A DNA stretch of 64,000 bases from the IMG/VR virus record IMGVR_UViG_3300031963_009342, positions 39,273 to 103,272 of that record; one strand, given 5' to 3'. Position numbers and translations under genes: made by a program. This stretch comes from a virus. The notes under the pieces were generated by a model. It was not told where the DNA came from, did no database searches, and saw nothing but the letters and a program-made list of their open reading frames with translations. Below, piece after piece: positions 10,001-19,845 of this stretch. How positions within the stretch are numbered: the first letter of the stretch is position 1; the number at the start of each line of letters is the position of its first letter.

Positions 10001-10840
10001 TTACGTCGTAGCAGATTTTGATTTTTCCCAATCCTTGTTTTTACGCACAGATAAATTACGTTCCCAAACAGATTTTAATACAAATGGGTCTAATCCTTCC
10101 TTTTCGAACGTCTTTATAAATGCGTTTATATCTTTTGGAAAACACGTACCACCAAATCCATAATCACCATCGTGACCAGGAACTTGATAATGACTTATGC
10201 CAATTCTACCATCTGACATTACGCCTCCTAAGACTTTATTCCAATTTAATCCTAGTTTATCAGACAAAAGATACATTTCATTGAAAAAAGATACTTTGGT
10301 AGCAAAGAATGTATTTGCAAAATACTTAACAAACTCAGATTCATTGCTTGTCATAACATGACAGTTTACGCCTGGAAATCTTTCTTCGTATAATTTTTTA
10401 ATAACATCCGTTCCATTTTCTTCACTGCCGCCCACAATATTTCTACTAGGCGTAATAAAATCTATCAAAGCAGTTTTAGCAGTTAAAAATTCTGGAGAAT
10501 GTACAATTTTTAATGGTTTGAATTTCTCACACAAACTTTTTGTTGTGCCTATAGGTACTGTAGATTTAATTACAAATACAGTTTCTGGATTATACGAGTA
10601 GGTAATTACATTATTAAAAAAGTTTGTAATGTATGTTATATCACAATCCAACGTATTTTTAAACATGGGGGTAGGTAAACATACAAATACTATTTGTTGA
10701 TTTATTACATTTTCAAATGTATCTGTTGAACGAGTTTGATCTACATCATAAACTTTAACTTCGTGGTAATAATTAAATCCTTTATTAACAGCATTACCAA
10801 CAAACCCATTTCCGACTACTCCAATTTTAAATTTGTTCAT
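10001..10840 (-). CDS. UDP-glucose/GDP-mannose dehydrogenase family, short form
   Basis: Likely start MNKFKIGVVGNGFVG at 10840; CLPTP, IKSTVP, SPEFL, GFGGTCFPKD; ends without the C-terminal UDP-binding domain. Confidence 0.88.
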   Translation of the reverse strand: MNKFKIGVVGNGFVGNAVNKGFNYYHEVKVYDVDQTRSTDTFENVINQQIVFVCLPTPMFKNTLDCDITYITNFFNNVITYSYNPETVFVIKSTVPIGTTKSLCEKFKPLKIVHSPEFLTAKTALIDFITPSRNIVGGSEENGTDVIKKLYEERFPGVNCHVMTSNESEFVKYFANTFFATKVSFFNEMYLLSDKLGLNWNKVLGGVMSDGRIGISHYQVPGHDGDYGFGGTCFPKDINAFIKTFEKEGLDPFVLKSVWERNLSVRKNKDWEKSKSATT

Positions 10841-11777
10841 AAATTTTATTCCATTTTTGTAACCACATATTCTCCGTATATAACTTTCTATAATTATCTT
10901 TGCAGACATTAGAACAGTAATTATAAAACTTTTTATCATCTCTCAGTTTAATTGTTAACTGATTTGCTTTTTCTATATCTCCTACATCGACCGATAAATC
11001 TGGATGTAAAATTTGTTGTGTGTCTAGTCCTTTATATCCTATACACGGAACGCCTAAATAAGCACAGTTGAGAGCGAATGTGCCAGCTGCATGTGTACGC
11101 ATTAAGTGTATACCAATATTAAAATTAGCAAGTGTTTTAATCCACTCGTTCCACATCATATATGGCAGATGATGTAAACCTGGGAATTGTTCTTCGTTTT
11201 GTATCTTACGTCCCATACTTGGGATGAATATAGGTTTATCAAAATTTCTCGCTACAAAGTAACTATCTACACCACCGTACCAACTACAGAAGTTACCACC
11301 TATAATGGGCATGCCATTATTTTCACGGGGTACGTCTTTAATTGTATCTTCGATCATAAGAGATTGCAGATTGAACGTCGGTTTTTTAAATATACCTTTA
11401 AAGTATGCAATATCACTTTTATTGTGTGTTAATAGAAAATCCATCTCACTCAGGAAGTTGATATAATTAACTTGATTGATATAATCGTAATCTTGATAAT
11501 ACCAAGTCGGACCTTCCTGCATTACTGTTACTTTTTTGCCAATTGATTTAACTAAATCCAACAATCTTGAACTGTCATAATTTTCTAATTTTTTTGGTAG
11601 TATAACAATTACTAAATCGTATCGAGGAACACCTTTAAATGGTTTGCTTAAAATATAGTCTATAGGTAGATGATCAGCATCAAGTGCAATTTGCCACGAA
11701 AACTCTGTACGGCAGTTTTCAAATGTTCTTGGTATCTTACCAGTGTGACCGTTTTGACTGACAAAACAAATATTCAT
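10827..11777 (-). CDS. putative GT-B glycosyltransferase
   Basis: AAGTFALNCAYLGVPCIG resembles the GT4 nucleotide-binding motif; operon context. Confidence 0.6.
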   Translation of the reverse strand: MNICFVSQNGHTGKIPRTFENCRTEFSWQIALDADHLPIDYILSKPFKGVPRYDLVIVILPKKLENYDSSRLLDLVKSIGKKVTVMQEGPTWYYQDYDYINQVNYINFLSEMDFLLTHNKSDIAYFKGIFKKPTFNLQSLMIEDTIKDVPRENNGMPIIGGNFCSWYGGVDSYFVARNFDKPIFIPSMGRKIQNEEQFPGLHHLPYMMWNEWIKTLANFNIGIHLMRTHAAGTFALNCAYLGVPCIGYKGLDTQQILHPDLSVDVGDIEKANQLTIKLRDDKKFYNYCSNVCKDNYRKLYTENMWLQKWNKIYEQI

Positions 11778-12760
11778 AGTTTATTTTTAAAGTCTTCGTA
11801 TGTATAAAATTTACCGGTGTTATTAAACAGTATATTTAAATTGTGTTGAGACATTTCTTTAAATATCTGCCACCAATCACCTTTTTCTTTTCCACAAAAT
11901 CCCCTGGGATTATTTTCATTTACAATGTACATTCGCTTGTTCGGATGTCGTCTAGCGTGTACCTTTAAAACATTTTTAAATATAATTTGAATATATTGAT
12001 CTCCCTGTATCTTCTTAGCCATCAATGATAAACTTTCATCGTCATTGTGTATGAAACAAGGTGGTATATTAACTCCACTTTTAATTAAATCACTTGTTAA
12101 TACCAAACAAGATCCATCGATTTTTGGATAATTAATTGATTGTATGTCTAATTCTTCTATTTTTGAATTAATTTGATTCATTTGTTCGATTGACATACAA
12201 GACTTTGCTTGATTTATATTATCAATGTCTTTATCGTCATATCGATGATTAATAAAATTAGGATGTACGGTTACGTCCCAACTGTTGTCCCACATCTTTC
12301 TATCAGCGAAACACGCTATGAATCTGTAAATTTCTTGTTTTCTTACAACGGGCGTTAGTTGTTCCAAAGATACTATAGCTTCTTTAGGAAAAAGACTGTC
12401 TGTTTCTCCCCAAATCAAATAGTCGGCTAGATAAGAATATTTAGTGTTAAATTCTCTTCTATAATTTGTTTGTGTATAAAATTCATTGTCATTATCAATA
12501 ATTTTATAAAATTTATTAAACGTATTAGGTATTCTATGATATTGATCGTTAAATTTTTGTATTAGTTCTTTTTTGTTTATTTTAGTGGTATCTATTTTTT
12601 CAAAAAACTGAGAAACATTAAAAGCAAAGTCTAGGTATATATTTGATGGATTGTCTACAGTGGATAATAAATTTAATAAACCATCTATATAAGTTGACAT
12701 CATTTCTATTTCATAGAACATAACGTGAACTCCAATTGCATATTTTTGCTTTATAACCAT
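11774..12760 (-). CDS. hypothetical protein, GT-A-like
   Basis: LIWGETDSL (DxD-like) and HNDDES; glycan operon context. Confidence 0.45.
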   Translation of the reverse strand: MVIKQKYAIGVHVMFYEIEMMSTYIDGLLNLLSTVDNPSNIYLDFAFNVSQFFEKIDTTKINKKELIQKFNDQYHRIPNTFNKFYKIIDNDNEFYTQTNYRREFNTKYSYLADYLIWGETDSLFPKEAIVSLEQLTPVVRKQEIYRFIACFADRKMWDNSWDVTVHPNFINHRYDDKDIDNINQAKSCMSIEQMNQINSKIEELDIQSINYPKIDGSCLVLTSDLIKSGVNIPPCFIHNDDESLSLMAKKIQGDQYIQIIFKNVLKVHARRHPNKRMYIVNENNPRGFCGKEKGDWWQIFKEMSQHNLNILFNNTGKFYTYEDFKNKL

Positions 12761-12761
12761 A

Positions 12762-13379
12762 TCATTTCTTTTTTAGAACGATTAAAGACCCAGGCCAACC
12801 TTCATCAATACATTCTTCTATTATATTGTAGTAATCTAATACAGTTCTGTATCTGATTCTTTCCTTAAAATCGTGTATATACACGATACCATCTTCTGTT
12901 AAATAGTCAAGTGCTTTATAAGCACAAAATACTCTTGCTCGTCCATCAACTAATACTTTATTGAATTTTTTATTATGTGTGGATATACTGTTAATATAAT
13001 TTACGTAGCAATGCCAATCGTCTCCACCGCGTGTTTGAGCATAATATATTCCATCTTTAACCTGTACATTATTGGTTAATTTTAATAAATTTCGAGATTC
13101 TTTGTCTAAGTGACTATCCAAATTTATGGGATGATTGGTTACATGTTTATAAATTACATTTTTAATATTTCTATTTGTCAATACATTATTAACAGTATTA
13201 TACCAGTTAAAATCGTGTTCTACTGAATAGTATTCCTTAACATACTTACAGAAGTTATAGGTACTTCCTCCTGATCCCCACTCAAATACACAATCTGTTG
13301 GGGACAGATATTTAATTAAACAATCTATTTGAGTTGCACTCATCATTATCTCTGGATGTTGATCTTTAAATAAGCTCAT
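12762..13379 (-). CDS. class I SAM-methyltransferase-like protein
   Basis: FEWGSGGST, SVEHD, VLVDGRAR, IHDF motifs. Confidence 0.75.
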   Translation of the reverse strand: MSLFKDQHPEIMMSATQIDCLIKYLSPTDCVFEWGSGGSTYNFCKYVKEYYSVEHDFNWYNTVNNVLTNRNIKNVIYKHVTNHPINLDSHLDKESRNLLKLTNNVQVKDGIYYAQTRGGDDWHCYVNYINSISTHNKKFNKVLVDGRARVFCAYKALDYLTEDGIVYIHDFKERIRYRTVLDYYNIIEECIDEGWPGSLIVLKKK

Positions 13380-13380
13380 A

Positions 13381-14391
13381 TTAATTTATAATGTTTCTAA
13401 CTACGTGCTGTATAATATATTCTGGCGACGACAGTTCGTTAAATGTTTTTCTTTGATTTGAAATTAAATATTCGGATCGATTGTCATAATCAATTAAGTT
13501 TGATTCTATAATTTGATTTATATCTGAAAAATCATCTTTGCAATGTAAACAAGATGTGTCTTTATTGTAAATAAACGGACTTGTTTTAATATTTTGTATT
13601 GATGGCTTTATAATTACGGTGCCTGTTAATAAACATTCTATTTCTCTAATATTAACTTCGCCGTATCCAAATGGAGAAATACAAAACTTACTATCTGACA
13701 AAACATTAAAGTATTCTTCTTTACTTAATTTTCCTGTTTTTTCTGTAGTAATAACATTATATTTAAGTTTGTTTACTTCCTCAAATAATTTTAACCTCGA
13801 TTTATTATAATAACCATCTGTGCGAATTCCGTGTTCATAATTTTCTTTAGATAATCCAATTAACACAGCAACGTCATATTTTTTATCTTTTTTAATAGTG
13901 CCCCAGTTAAACCCACATCCATATGTATTCAACCAATTCGTACCACTGCTTACTAGTTTATCATTTAATAATGATAGATCTTCTTTGTTAATTTTGTATC
14001 CACTAATATCTGGACCCCAAAACCATCTTCCATTTGGATAAGGATTTAAATAACTTTCTTTATTTTTGTGTAGGACATTTTTAGCTAGTTTTAAACCAGG
14101 AAATTCTTTAAAAACTTCCCATACCCCCAATAATGTAGATGAATCTTGTCCGTCAAATAAAACATACGGTTTATCAAGATTTTTAATAAAATTAATACCA
14201 ATTTCAATTGACTGATCAAGTGGTAGTTTTTTATTAATAATAGATGCCTGACCTACAAAATATATATCCGCTTTATCTGCGTCTTCTACAAATTCAATTC
14301 CATAATCACGAAAAGCTTCAGTTGAATAAAGATACGGTCTAAATGTCGTTTCGTTTCTATGTTTTTCTAATTCTAGAATTTTTATTTTCAT
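13381..14391 (-). CDS. putative glycosyltransferase (GT47/GT-B-like C-terminus)
   Basis: SKFCISPFGYGEVNIREIECLLTG motif. Confidence 0.65.
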   Translation of the reverse strand: MKIKILELEKHRNETTFRPYLYSTEAFRDYGIEFVEDADKADIYFVGQASIINKKLPLDQSIEIGINFIKNLDKPYVLFDGQDSSTLLGVWEVFKEFPGLKLAKNVLHKNKESYLNPYPNGRWFWGPDISGYKINKEDLSLLNDKLVSSGTNWLNTYGCGFNWGTIKKDKKYDVAVLIGLSKENYEHGIRTDGYYNKSRLKLFEEVNKLKYNVITTEKTGKLSKEEYFNVLSDSKFCISPFGYGEVNIREIECLLTGTVIIKPSIQNIKTSPFIYNKDTSCLHCKDDFSDINQIIESNLIDYDNRSEYLISNQRKTFNELSSPEYIIQHVVRNIIN

Positions 14392-14467
14392 ATTTTGGAA
14401 AATAGGTTGACAAACTCTGAATATTTAAATTCTCATGTTTTCTTAATTCTTAATTGGTCATAAAATA

Positions 14468-15115
14468 TTACTTTATAGTATATCCTTTATTTTCCTCTTG
14501 GGTAAATAATTGATTATAATTTATATTTGTTTGTCTTTGTTTTTCTATGCTTTTTTCGTGAATTATAGCATAATCTTTTTGTGGTGGTATAAATGTATAA
14601 CTTTTATAACCTTCAACTTTTTCATGTAGTCTCCGTTGATATCTAATATTTGAACTATTGCGGTATAAACGTGATTGATAATCAGGAAAATTAATCATTC
14701 CATCATGAAGCTGCCATCCCCACATTTGTATATCTTGCTGAGTAACTCCTATAAAATAGTTTAGTCTTGGTAACCATATAACTTCATTTTCATCATTCGA
14801 TTCTAATATAACATCAATATTTTCAATTAAACCGTCAGTCGGTAATTCGTCTGCATCCAATTGAAATATCCACTTTCCTTTACATAATTCAATTCCATAA
14901 TTTTTATGAGCGCCATAGTTTTTATCTAACTTATGTTGATAAAAATTTATTTGATTTTTATACTTTTGTATAATTTCAACAGTATCTTGATTATCTGAAT
15001 AATCATCAAGAAGAATAATTTCATGATTATATTTTTTGTATTTAATTAATTTAGATAATAGTTTTTCTAAACTATCGGTTTCATTGTGACTTGTTACTAA
15101 ATAAGACAAAAACAT
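14468..15115 (-). CDS. GT2-family glycosyltransferase
   Basis: LDDYSD, WIFQLDADE, PDYQSRLY, LHE motifs. Confidence 0.88.
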   Translation of the reverse strand: MFLSYLVTSHNETDSLEKLLSKLIKYKKYNHEIILLDDYSDNQDTVEIIQKYKNQINFYQHKLDKNYGAHKNYGIELCKGKWIFQLDADELPTDGLIENIDVILESNDENEVIWLPRLNYFIGVTQQDIQMWGWQLHDGMINFPDYQSRLYRNSSNIRYQRRLHEKVEGYKSYTFIPPQKDYAIIHEKSIEKQRQTNINYNQLFTQEENKGYTIK

Positions 15116-15116
15116 A

Positions 15117-16457
15117 TTAAAGAATTTTTAATTTTGGCAAAGTAATTTGATTTGATTCGTTGGATGTGTTAGTCATAGCTTTTAATTTTGGCAGTACAAA
15201 CTGATTTTGTACAGCAAACTGAGGTACGTACTTGTCAAGTATGTCCCATAAACGTTTGTCCATAGACGGAATACTAAATTTCTCAGCGTTTTCCTTACGT
15301 AGAAGTTCGGCATTTTTAGTAAACTTATCACTTTTACGAGCGAAATAAATTTGTTTCATTTTATCTTCTGCTAATGAATAAGCTACTTTGAACCATTTGC
15401 TTTCTTTGATAATCCATTGATTGACTGATTTTTTATCTACATCAACAAGAGTACCTGGTAATAAATTAGCATAAGTCGGATTTAGATAATCTAATTGACC
15501 ACTCCAATTTGGTGCTAATAATGGTTTTCCACTTAGAGTAGCCAATAACAATGGATGTCCATAACCTTCACCGTGAGTAAAAGATACGTGAGCTATAACT
15601 TTTTCATGGTTTAACAACGCATTCATTTCTTTTTCACTAAGTTCGCCGTGTAACAAATATACACTTGGTACATTACCGCCAATACTATCACGAATCTTTT
15701 TAATCTTACTCAACATGTCGAATCTGTCTACGGTAGAGTAACTATGACCACTCGTTTTAACAATCAAACATGGACGATCATTTTCCGATTGATTTTTGAA
15801 GGCACTACAAAATGTTTTGATCAGATTACCAATGTCTTTACGATCATTATACAATCCACCATGAGTCCACTGACCAACAAATAAAAACGCACTAGATTCT
15901 TTTATCTTAGATAAAGCATTTTCAACAGTTTGTATTTTATCTTCTGTTTTTTTGAAAATGTTGGTATCGGCCCCCCAAAAACACACTTCAATTGGTTTTT
16001 CTACTTGAACAGGAACTTGTTGACCATTTTCTAGTTGTTTGGCCATTTTAATTTCCGAGAAAGTTTTCTTTACATGATTAGATAGACCGATTGTTAAATT
16101 CATTTTATTAACGCCTTCGATCCAACTACCGGGTGGAATGGTTGTTTCAATACCAGCCGTCATACCGATATTATATTTGCCAACAGGATGAAATTCTTCT
16201 GGAATTGTTAACTGTATAAAAACATCTGGTTGTCTATCTAAGTTTCCTTGAAGAAATTTAGTTGCTAATAATTTATCTTCTGGATCGGTTAAATCTTCAA
16301 GAAAACGTTTGCTTTGACAATTGCCCCATCTAGTGGGCGCTATTTTTACATCAAATTTATCATAACGAATAATGCTTTTTGCAACTGTTGTTGCCCAGTC
16401 ACCATATCCGCTACGGTTAAATACTGGTCCTGAAATTAGACATAGTGGTTTACTCAT
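15117..16457 (-). CDS. GT4-like (GT-B) glycosyltransferase
   Basis: SGYG N-terminal motif; THGEGYGHPLLLATLSGKP..WSGQLDY. Confidence 0.8.
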   Translation of the reverse strand: MSKPLCLISGPVFNRSGYGDWATTVAKSIIRYDKFDVKIAPTRWGNCQSKRFLEDLTDPEDKLLATKFLQGNLDRQPDVFIQLTIPEEFHPVGKYNIGMTAGIETTIPPGSWIEGVNKMNLTIGLSNHVKKTFSEIKMAKQLENGQQVPVQVEKPIEVCFWGADTNIFKKTEDKIQTVENALSKIKESSAFLFVGQWTHGGLYNDRKDIGNLIKTFCSAFKNQSENDRPCLIVKTSGHSYSTVDRFDMLSKIKKIRDSIGGNVPSVYLLHGELSEKEMNALLNHEKVIAHVSFTHGEGYGHPLLLATLSGKPLLAPNWSGQLDYLNPTYANLLPGTLVDVDKKSVNQWIIKESKWFKVAYSLAEDKMKQIYFARKSDKFTKNAELLRKENAEKFSIPSMDKRLWDILDKYVPQFAVQNQFVLPKLKAMTNTSNESNQITLPKLKIL

Positions 16458-16458
16458 A

Positions 16459-17151
16459 TTATTTATTAAATTGTTTTGTATCTCGTTCGCTAACTAATTG
16501 ACTATATTTTTTATTTGGTGTAGGTATTCCTCCCAAACTATTATAGAGTGCTTCCATTTTGCTCATTTGTATCTGAGCTATGTCAGCTTTTTCTCCTTTT
16601 TTAACATCTGTACTACCAAATCCACCTTCGCCTCTAGTGGTAGAATCTAATTCATTTACCAATATGAATTCTACATCTTCTACTCTGGTTACTTTGAGTT
16701 GACAAATTTTATCGCCTTTTTTATAGATCTTGTTGTTATTAACAATTCCTTCTAATAGACTATCTTTATTAATTTTAAAATCTTCTGGTTGCCATATATA
16801 TTTGAAACGAAGTAATACTTCTCCGCGATAATCCGCGTCAATCAACCCAATACAATTAGCTAATACTAGATTGTATTTACTCACGCTACTACGAGGAAAT
16901 GCTAGAATATCATAATCAATAGCGGTATATATAAACCCACTGTATTGTCTTACTTCTTGTACAGCTAGTTTAAGATTTGTTTTATACTGAATATAATCAA
17001 TTCGTTTATATGTACCGTTGTCATACATTTCTCCAACGATTTCTGGTTCACTTGTAGTAATTACATCATATCCAGTAGCTCGATTCGTACCTTTCTTGGG
17101 TAGACGTTCTACATCTTGATAATCTTCGTTTTTTAATACTTGAATTTTCAT
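16459..17151 (-). CDS. dut: trimeric dUTPase
   Basis: ATGYD, PRSS, GLIDADYRGE, KICQL, RGEGGFGST motifs. Confidence 0.92.
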   Translation of the reverse strand: MKIQVLKNEDYQDVERLPKKGTNRATGYDVITTSEPEIVGEMYDNGTYKRIDYIQYKTNLKLAVQEVRQYSGFIYTAIDYDILAFPRSSVSKYNLVLANCIGLIDADYRGEVLLRFKYIWQPEDFKINKDSLLEGIVNNNKIYKKGDKICQLKVTRVEDVEFILVNELDSTTRGEGGFGSTDVKKGEKADIAQIQMSKMEALYNSLGGIPTPNKKYSQLVSERDTKQFNK

Positions 17152-18113
17152 GAAACTGTTTTCTTAATAGCTTCTAAATTTACAACGTGTAAATCAAATC
17201 CCAATTTGCCGTTTGGTAGATTTTTAATATCATAACCATTTTCAGTAAAAATGTCAAATGTTTTAACGGGTGTAAAGTTATTTAATGTGAAATCCATTGC
17301 TTTAATAAATTGATCACACATATTTTTACTATTGATTCCGCCTTCGTTTATAGCCCATTTACGACCTTCGACACCATATTGTTCACGTATTTCACTACCA
17401 ATAACATACCAATACCCAATAGCATCAGCGATATCTTTATAATTAACTAAGTCATCCATGATGTAAGGAGTTGGAGGACTGCCTTGTAGATTTTGTACTT
17501 TAGCCCACACAGGCTTTGCCCATACCCCGTGTTTAGTGTATCGTCCTGTAACATTTGTACCGAATTCTAAATTGAATTCTACAGGTTTACCTTCGTCAGT
17601 AACAATTCCCAATTGATCTTGTAAACCTCCTGTTACGGTGGCTATTACCGGTGTACCACACATGATACTCTCTGCAATACTTAAACCAAATCCTTCATTT
17701 GAACTTACATTCACGGTAACATCTGCTAAGTTATAGAACGCCACCATTTCTTCGGGGGTTCTACGCGTTTCATCTAATACAACTTTATATTCTGGACATA
17801 TTGCTTGAATTGTAGCTACGAGATCTGTACCGGCTTCACATACTTTGTCTGTATGCATTATCAAAGCACATTTTTTAGCTTCTTCTTGATCAATTGAAGC
17901 ACAGAATGATTTAAATGCTAGTATTAGATTTGCTGGATGTTTACGATGTGCGTTTCTACTATTGAATGCTACGATAAATTTATATTCTTTATCGCCGAGT
18001 AATTCTTTTTTTAATTTTAAAACCGACGAATCTCCTTTTGGTAGCGGTTTAAATTCGTTTGGATTGATACCATGTGGTACATAATGTAATAGATGTTTTT
18101 CTTGTACTGGCAT
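17148..18113 (-). CDS. GT4 glycosyltransferase, C-terminal half of split gene
   Basis: Begins at the YVPHGI linker; RNAHRK, SSNEGFGLSIAESIMCGTPVIA. Confidence 0.82.
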   Translation of the reverse strand: MPVQEKHLLHYVPHGINPNEFKPLPKGDSSVLKLKKELLGDKEYKFIVAFNSRNAHRKHPANLILAFKSFCASIDQEEAKKCALIMHTDKVCEAGTDLVATIQAICPEYKVVLDETRRTPEEMVAFYNLADVTVNVSSNEGFGLSIAESIMCGTPVIATVTGGLQDQLGIVTDEGKPVEFNLEFGTNVTGRYTKHGVWAKPVWAKVQNLQGSPPTPYIMDDLVNYKDIADAIGYWYVIGSEIREQYGVEGRKWAINEGGINSKNMCDQFIKAMDFTLNNFTPVKTFDIFTENGYDIKNLPNGKLGFDLHVVNLEAIKKTVS

Positions 18114-18130
18114 AATAAATGTTTCCTAAA

Positions 18131-18643
18131 TTAGTCTGTTAACTTAATACAATTTTCTGGTCCTAACACTTGTTCAACAATATTGTGAGTTTGTTTGCTA
18201 ATGGAAAACAAAGCATCACAGCTTTGATAAAACGGTTTGTTCCACATTGGGTATGGTAAATCGTCCCATATTGTCAAATATGTTAATGGAATTTTGCTAC
18301 GAATTTGATGTTCTATATTATAGAGCCAACCCCAAAAACGAGGATCTGTAAAGTGCATAATTGCATCGGGTTTTTCTAATGCCATAATTTGATACAACAC
18401 TTCTTCATCTCCGTATCCATCCACAGGGTATAGTTTTAGATAATTATCTGTTCTACCATTTAACTTATCACAAGCATCCTTCATATCTACTATCTTTCCT
18501 TGTTCAGGATGTTTAATAGCACCGGCAATTTGTACCCAATCATAATGATGAAGTGTGCCTAATACCAATTCTCTACTCATTGTAGCCACACCACTATGCA
18601 TTCTTAAATCATCGCTCAATAATAATATTTTTTTCTTTTTCAT
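18131..18643 (-). CDS. GT4 glycosyltransferase, N-terminal half of split gene
   Basis: KILLLSDDLRMHSGVA...KPDAIMHFTD...SCDALFSISKQT is a GT-B N-terminal Rossmann domain. Confidence 0.75.
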   Translation of the reverse strand: MKKKKILLLSDDLRMHSGVATMSRELVLGTLHHYDWVQIAGAIKHPEQGKIVDMKDACDKLNGRTDNYLKLYPVDGYGDEEVLYQIMALEKPDAIMHFTDPRFWGWLYNIEHQIRSKIPLTYLTIWDDLPYPMWNKPFYQSCDALFSISKQTHNIVEQVLGPENCIKLTD

Positions 18644-18855
18644 TTAGAATCCTTTGATAATGAAAATGGAGCATTGAAACTTAACCTTTGACAAATACTT
18701 TCGCTGATTTCAGAACGAAATTTGGAATCGTTCAAATATCTTTCCAAACATTTATTGACAAAATCTTGAAAAGATATTTTACCTCTTATATTTAGTTCTT
18801 TAAACTGGTTATATAACTCTTGGTTAAGTTTTACCGTTGTAACAAATTGATCCAT
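18640..18855 (-). CDS. small ribbon-helix-helix-like DNA-binding protein
   Basis: Likely start MDQFVTTVKLNQELY; beta-helix-helix pattern. Confidence 0.45.
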   Translation of the reverse strand: MDQFVTTVKLNQELYNQFKELNIRGKISFQDFVNKCLERYLNDSKFRSEISESICQRLSFNAPFSLSKDSK

Positions 18856-18897
18856 AACATATGTACATATATAGATATACACATATGTATATATTTA

Positions 18898-19788
18898 TTA
18901 TAATTTAGTGGCTTTACCATCACAGATCTTTTTGTAGTGTACACAGTACTTACAATTCTTTTTACCATTACCAGGTACTTTTATATATTGATTGGTTTCA
19001 TTGTATGTACCATCTGGATTGAATCCGTAATCTAAAAACTCAATAAAGCTTTGAATACTTTCTTTAATAGCTGTTGGCCCTGCGGTAGGTTTAAATAACT
19101 GAATTCTACTTTGTGGAAAACTTACATTTTCGTATAATTTACGTTTGACGATAAAGAACTCTACGTCAATATTATTTAAAGGTACGTTGAATTTTTTACT
19201 GTAAACACTCTTGTATAGATGTAACTGCGCAATCTTACTTACATCTTCTTTCATGTAAATATTCCAACCATTGCTTGATGTCTTAAAATCAATGATACGA
19301 TAGATTTCTTTATTTCGTTCTTTTAACACTATATCAATAAATCCTACAAACTCCACGTTGTTCTTAATAGAAATTTCCAGTGGAATTTCAATACCAACCA
19401 ATTCATATTCTTTAGTCGGAAAATATTTCAATCTATTAGCACTTTTACAAAAAGTATCGATAATATCATTACCATCAAAAATAAAGTCGGTAAATTCATT
19501 ATCATCTACATCTTTTACTTTTTTAATTTCTTCATTGAATTTGTCTAAGAACAACTTCTTGACATCCAATGAGTCTGCAATACCTACACCTTCATTATAA
19601 AGTGATGTGAGATAAGTTTGAAATGCATGGTGAATGGCAGTTCCAAATGTGGTGTTAATATTATCATCTTTAACCCTAAGATTCTTAACATAATCCAAAT
19701 ACCACTTGTGAGGACATTTTAAAAATGTTGAATATTGACTAAAACTGACTCGTTTCTTTTTTATTTCTTTATTTTCTTCAATTGACAT
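18898..19788 (-). CDS. PD-(D/E)XK nuclease, Cas4/AddB-like with four Cys
   Basis: SFSQ..CPHKW, GTAIH, GFIDIV, IIDFKTS, QLHLY, C-terminal CKYC..C. Confidence 0.87.
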   Translation of the reverse strand: MSIEENKEIKKKRVSFSQYSTFLKCPHKWYLDYVKNLRVKDDNINTTFGTAIHHAFQTYLTSLYNEGVGIADSLDVKKLFLDKFNEEIKKVKDVDDNEFTDFIFDGNDIIDTFCKSANRLKYFPTKEYELVGIEIPLEISIKNNVEFVGFIDIVLKERNKEIYRIIDFKTSSNGWNIYMKEDVSKIAQLHLYKSVYSKKFNVPLNNIDVEFFIVKRKLYENVSFPQSRIQLFKPTAGPTAIKESIQSFIEFLDYGFNPDGTYNETNQYIKVPGNGKKNCKYCVHYKKICDGKATKL

Positions 19789-19794
19789 TCTACC

Positions 19795-19822
19795 ATCTTA
19801 AAGTATAATTAAGAAAAGTCAA
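19795..19822 (-). promoter_or_regulatory. sigma70-like promoter TTGACT-N16-TAAGAT
   Basis: -10 ends 6 nt before the ATG at 19788. Confidence 0.6.
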
Positions 19823-19845
19823 TCTATAAAAACTATATATTACAT

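Noticed and set aside
10841-10939. Longer N-termini given by the ORF track (also 18882, 35745, 38479, 38605, 49383, 52315, 60839)
   Set aside because: The extensions overlap neighbouring genes or promoters; downstream ATGs fit the domain starts better
1-18643. Bacterial O-antigen/capsule locus interpretation
   Set aside because: No flippase, polymerase or priming transferase is recognisable, and the genes are continuous with phage-type replication genes
18898-19788. Cas4 as part of a CRISPR system
   Set aside because: No repeat-spacer array or other cas gene seen in the window; stand-alone Cas4-like nucleases are common in phages
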